The notes beneath the pieces are model-generated. The model worked only from the letters and a program-made list of their open reading frames with translations, was not told where the DNA came from and ran no database searches. 64,000 nucleotides of DNA from an uncultured bacterium (GTDB lineage Bacteria; Bacteroidota; Bacteroidia; Chitinophagales; UBA10324). How positions within the stretch are numbered: position 1 is the first letter of the stretch; each line of letters opens with the position of its first letter. The stretch lies in contig CAXBPY010000003.1 in the NCBI GenBank assembly GCA_963977675.1, forward strand, positions 9,216 through 73,215, written 5' to 3'. Below, piece after piece: positions 61,849-64,000 of this stretch. The position numbers were made by a program, and so were the translations under genes.

Positions 61849-63543
61849 ATGACTTTCTCCGAATTCCCTTACACGCGTCCTGACTTCATTCAGTTTAAAA
61901 AAGATTTTCAGCAACTCGTTTCTTCTTTCAGCACATCAACTGATGTGAATGAACTGCAATCGCTCTTCGAAAAAATTTATTCGATGCGACGCAGTTTCGA
62001 TACTGCAATGACTATTGTTTCCATTCGAAACAGTGTGAATACTGCTGATGAGTTTTATGAAAAGGAACAAGAATTCATGGACGAAAACGAACCTATGTAT
62101 CGAGACCTGGTGATGCAGGTCTACAAAGCGCTCATCAATTCTTCGAAGAGAAATGAGTTAGAAAAAATTTACGGCACACAACTTTTCATGCTTGCGGAGT
62201 TGAGTATCAAAACTTTTTCTACTGAAATCATTGAAGACCTTCAAAAAGAAAATCAACTCACAACTGAATACACCAAGCTTCTTGCTTCAGCTAAAATTGA
62301 ATTTCAGGGAAACACATACAACCTCAGCGGGCTGGTTCCTTTCAAGCAATCGGAAGACAGAAATATCAGAAGAGAAGCGCACGCAAAATCAGATAACTGG
62401 TTTGCAGAAAATCATCAGCGACTCGATGAAATTTTTGATGAGTTGGTAAAACTCCGTCATAAGATGGCGCTCAAGTTGGGTTACAAGAATTTTGTGGAAC
62501 TCGGTTACGCACGAATGCAGCGCGTGGATTACAATCAGCAAATGGTTTCTGTTTTTCGTGAGAATGTTCGCAAGCACTTGGTTCCTCTTTCAAGTGAATT
62601 GAAACATCGTCAGCAAAATCGCCTCTCACTTTCTGATTTAAAATATTATGATGAAGGAATTGATTTCAAAACCGGAAATGCAAAACCACACGGCAATCCT
62701 GATTGGATAGTGAATCATGCAACAGTGATGTATGATGAACTCTCAAAAGAGACTGGTGAGTTTTTTCATTTTATGCTCGATTCGCAACTTATGGATTTGG
62801 TGAACAAGCCAAACAAAGCGGGCGGCGGTTACTGCACTTATCTTTCTTCATACAAGGCGCCCTACATCTTCAGCAATTTCAACGGCACGAGTCATGACAT
62901 TGATGTGCTCACGCACGAGGCAGGTCATGCGTTTCAGGCGTATCGTTCGCGCAATCTTACGGTAGATGAATATCTCTCGCCAACACTCGAAGCGTGTGAG
63001 ATTCATAGCATGAGCATGGAGTTTATTGCATGGCCCTGGATGGAAAAATATTTCGAAGAGCAAACAGAAAAATACAAGTATGCGCATCTCACTCATGCGC
63101 TCATGTTTATTCCGTATGGAGTGGCGGTGGATGAGTTTCAGCATTTCATTTATAAAAACCCTGACGCAACTCCGCAAGAAAGAAATGCAGCATGGCGACG
63201 CATCGAAAAAAAATATTTACCGCTTCGCGATTATGATGGGAATAATTATTTAGAGAACGGCGGTTTCTGGCAGCGGCAAATGCACATCTATCGCTCACCA
63301 TTCTACTACATTGATTACACACTCGCGCAGATCTGTGCTTTCCAGTTCTGGAAAAAATCGAGAGAGAATCTTTCCGTTGCAATGAAGGACTACATCACAC
63401 TTTGCGATGCAGGCGGCAGCATGTCATTCTTAAAATTAGTTGAGCTCGCGAAAATCAAATCACCTTTTGAAGAGCAAACCATGATGAATGTCATGGCAGA
63501 AGCAAAGAGTTGGCTCAGTTCAGTAGATGATATGAAACTTTGA
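61849..63543 (+). CDS. M3 family oligoendopeptidase (PepF-like)
   Basis: The zinc motif is THEAGHAF (HExxH) with a downstream E (EIHSM). The length of 564 aa and the overall PepF/M3B-like pattern fit. Confidence 0.85.
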   Translation: MTFSEFPYTRPDFIQFKKDFQQLVSSFSTSTDVNELQSLFEKIYSMRRSFDTAMTIVSIRNSVNTADEFYEKEQEFMDENEPMYRDLVMQVYKALINSSKRNELEKIYGTQLFMLAELSIKTFSTEIIEDLQKENQLTTEYTKLLASAKIEFQGNTYNLSGLVPFKQSEDRNIRREAHAKSDNWFAENHQRLDEIFDELVKLRHKMALKLGYKNFVELGYARMQRVDYNQQMVSVFRENVRKHLVPLSSELKHRQQNRLSLSDLKYYDEGIDFKTGNAKPHGNPDWIVNHATVMYDELSKETGEFFHFMLDSQLMDLVNKPNKAGGGYCTYLSSYKAPYIFSNFNGTSHDIDVLTHEAGHAFQAYRSRNLTVDEYLSPTLEACEIHSMSMEFIAWPWMEKYFEEQTEKYKYAHLTHALMFIPYGVAVDEFQHFIYKNPDATPQERNAAWRRIEKKYLPLRDYDGNNYLENGGFWQRQMHIYRSPFYYIDYTLAQICAFQFWKKSRENLSVAMKDYITLCDAGGSMSFLKLVELAKIKSPFEEQTMMNVMAEAKSWLSSVDDMKL

Positions 63544-63576
63544 TTTAAAGAAAAGGAACTTTCCTCGCTATTATGA

Positions 63577-64000
<424 letters not shown>

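Overview
The window is an AT-rich chromosomal segment that most likely comes from a member of the Bacteroidota. I infer this from six proteins ending in type IX secretion (T9SS) C-terminal sorting domains, from TAnnTTTG-type -7 promoter motifs, and from the absence of Shine-Dalgarno sequences. It is densely coded, with about 60 protein genes and 2 tRNAs.

Most of the content is housekeeping: mutS, parC, lpxD, rocD, ahcY, ychF, plsY, plsC, folB, yebC, a threonine aldolase, an M3 peptidase and a thiolase. Between these lie envelope and secretome genes:
- a four-gene GDP-D-glycero-D-manno-heptose operon (hddA-gmhA-hddC-gmhB) with overlapping reading frames
- a pair of secreted nucleases (PLD/HKD-type and DRGH beta-beta-alpha-Me type)
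- several T9SS cargo proteins and lipoproteins

I found no transposase, integrase, phage gene, CRISPR array or recognisable defence system. Two genes are cut by the window edges and are missing from the ORF track: a minus-strand gene at 1..286 and a thiolase at 63631..64000.

The observations most worth a second look are:
1. A CarH/LitR-type B12 photoreceptor regulator (both the Wx9EH motif and the axial-His motif are visible) has no carotenoid genes nearby. The same TGTTAAACA palindrome lies upstream of this gene and upstream of the adjacent T9SS DUF4397 gene.
2. A dispersed family of imperfect 7-nt and 8-nt periodic tandem tracts sits exactly at gene boundaries. An identical 16-mer occurs in the mutS and parC leaders, and two tracts are embedded in frame in coding sequence.
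3. A trypsin-like protease and its neighbour carry four copies of a roughly 110-aa module that I do not recognise.
4. A T9SS cargo gene is split by a +1 frameshift.
5. An exact 24-nt direct repeat brackets the yhhQ start.
6. The tRNA-Gly has a C at the normally invariant T-loop position 55.

All functional calls come from motif recognition by eye. No searches were run.
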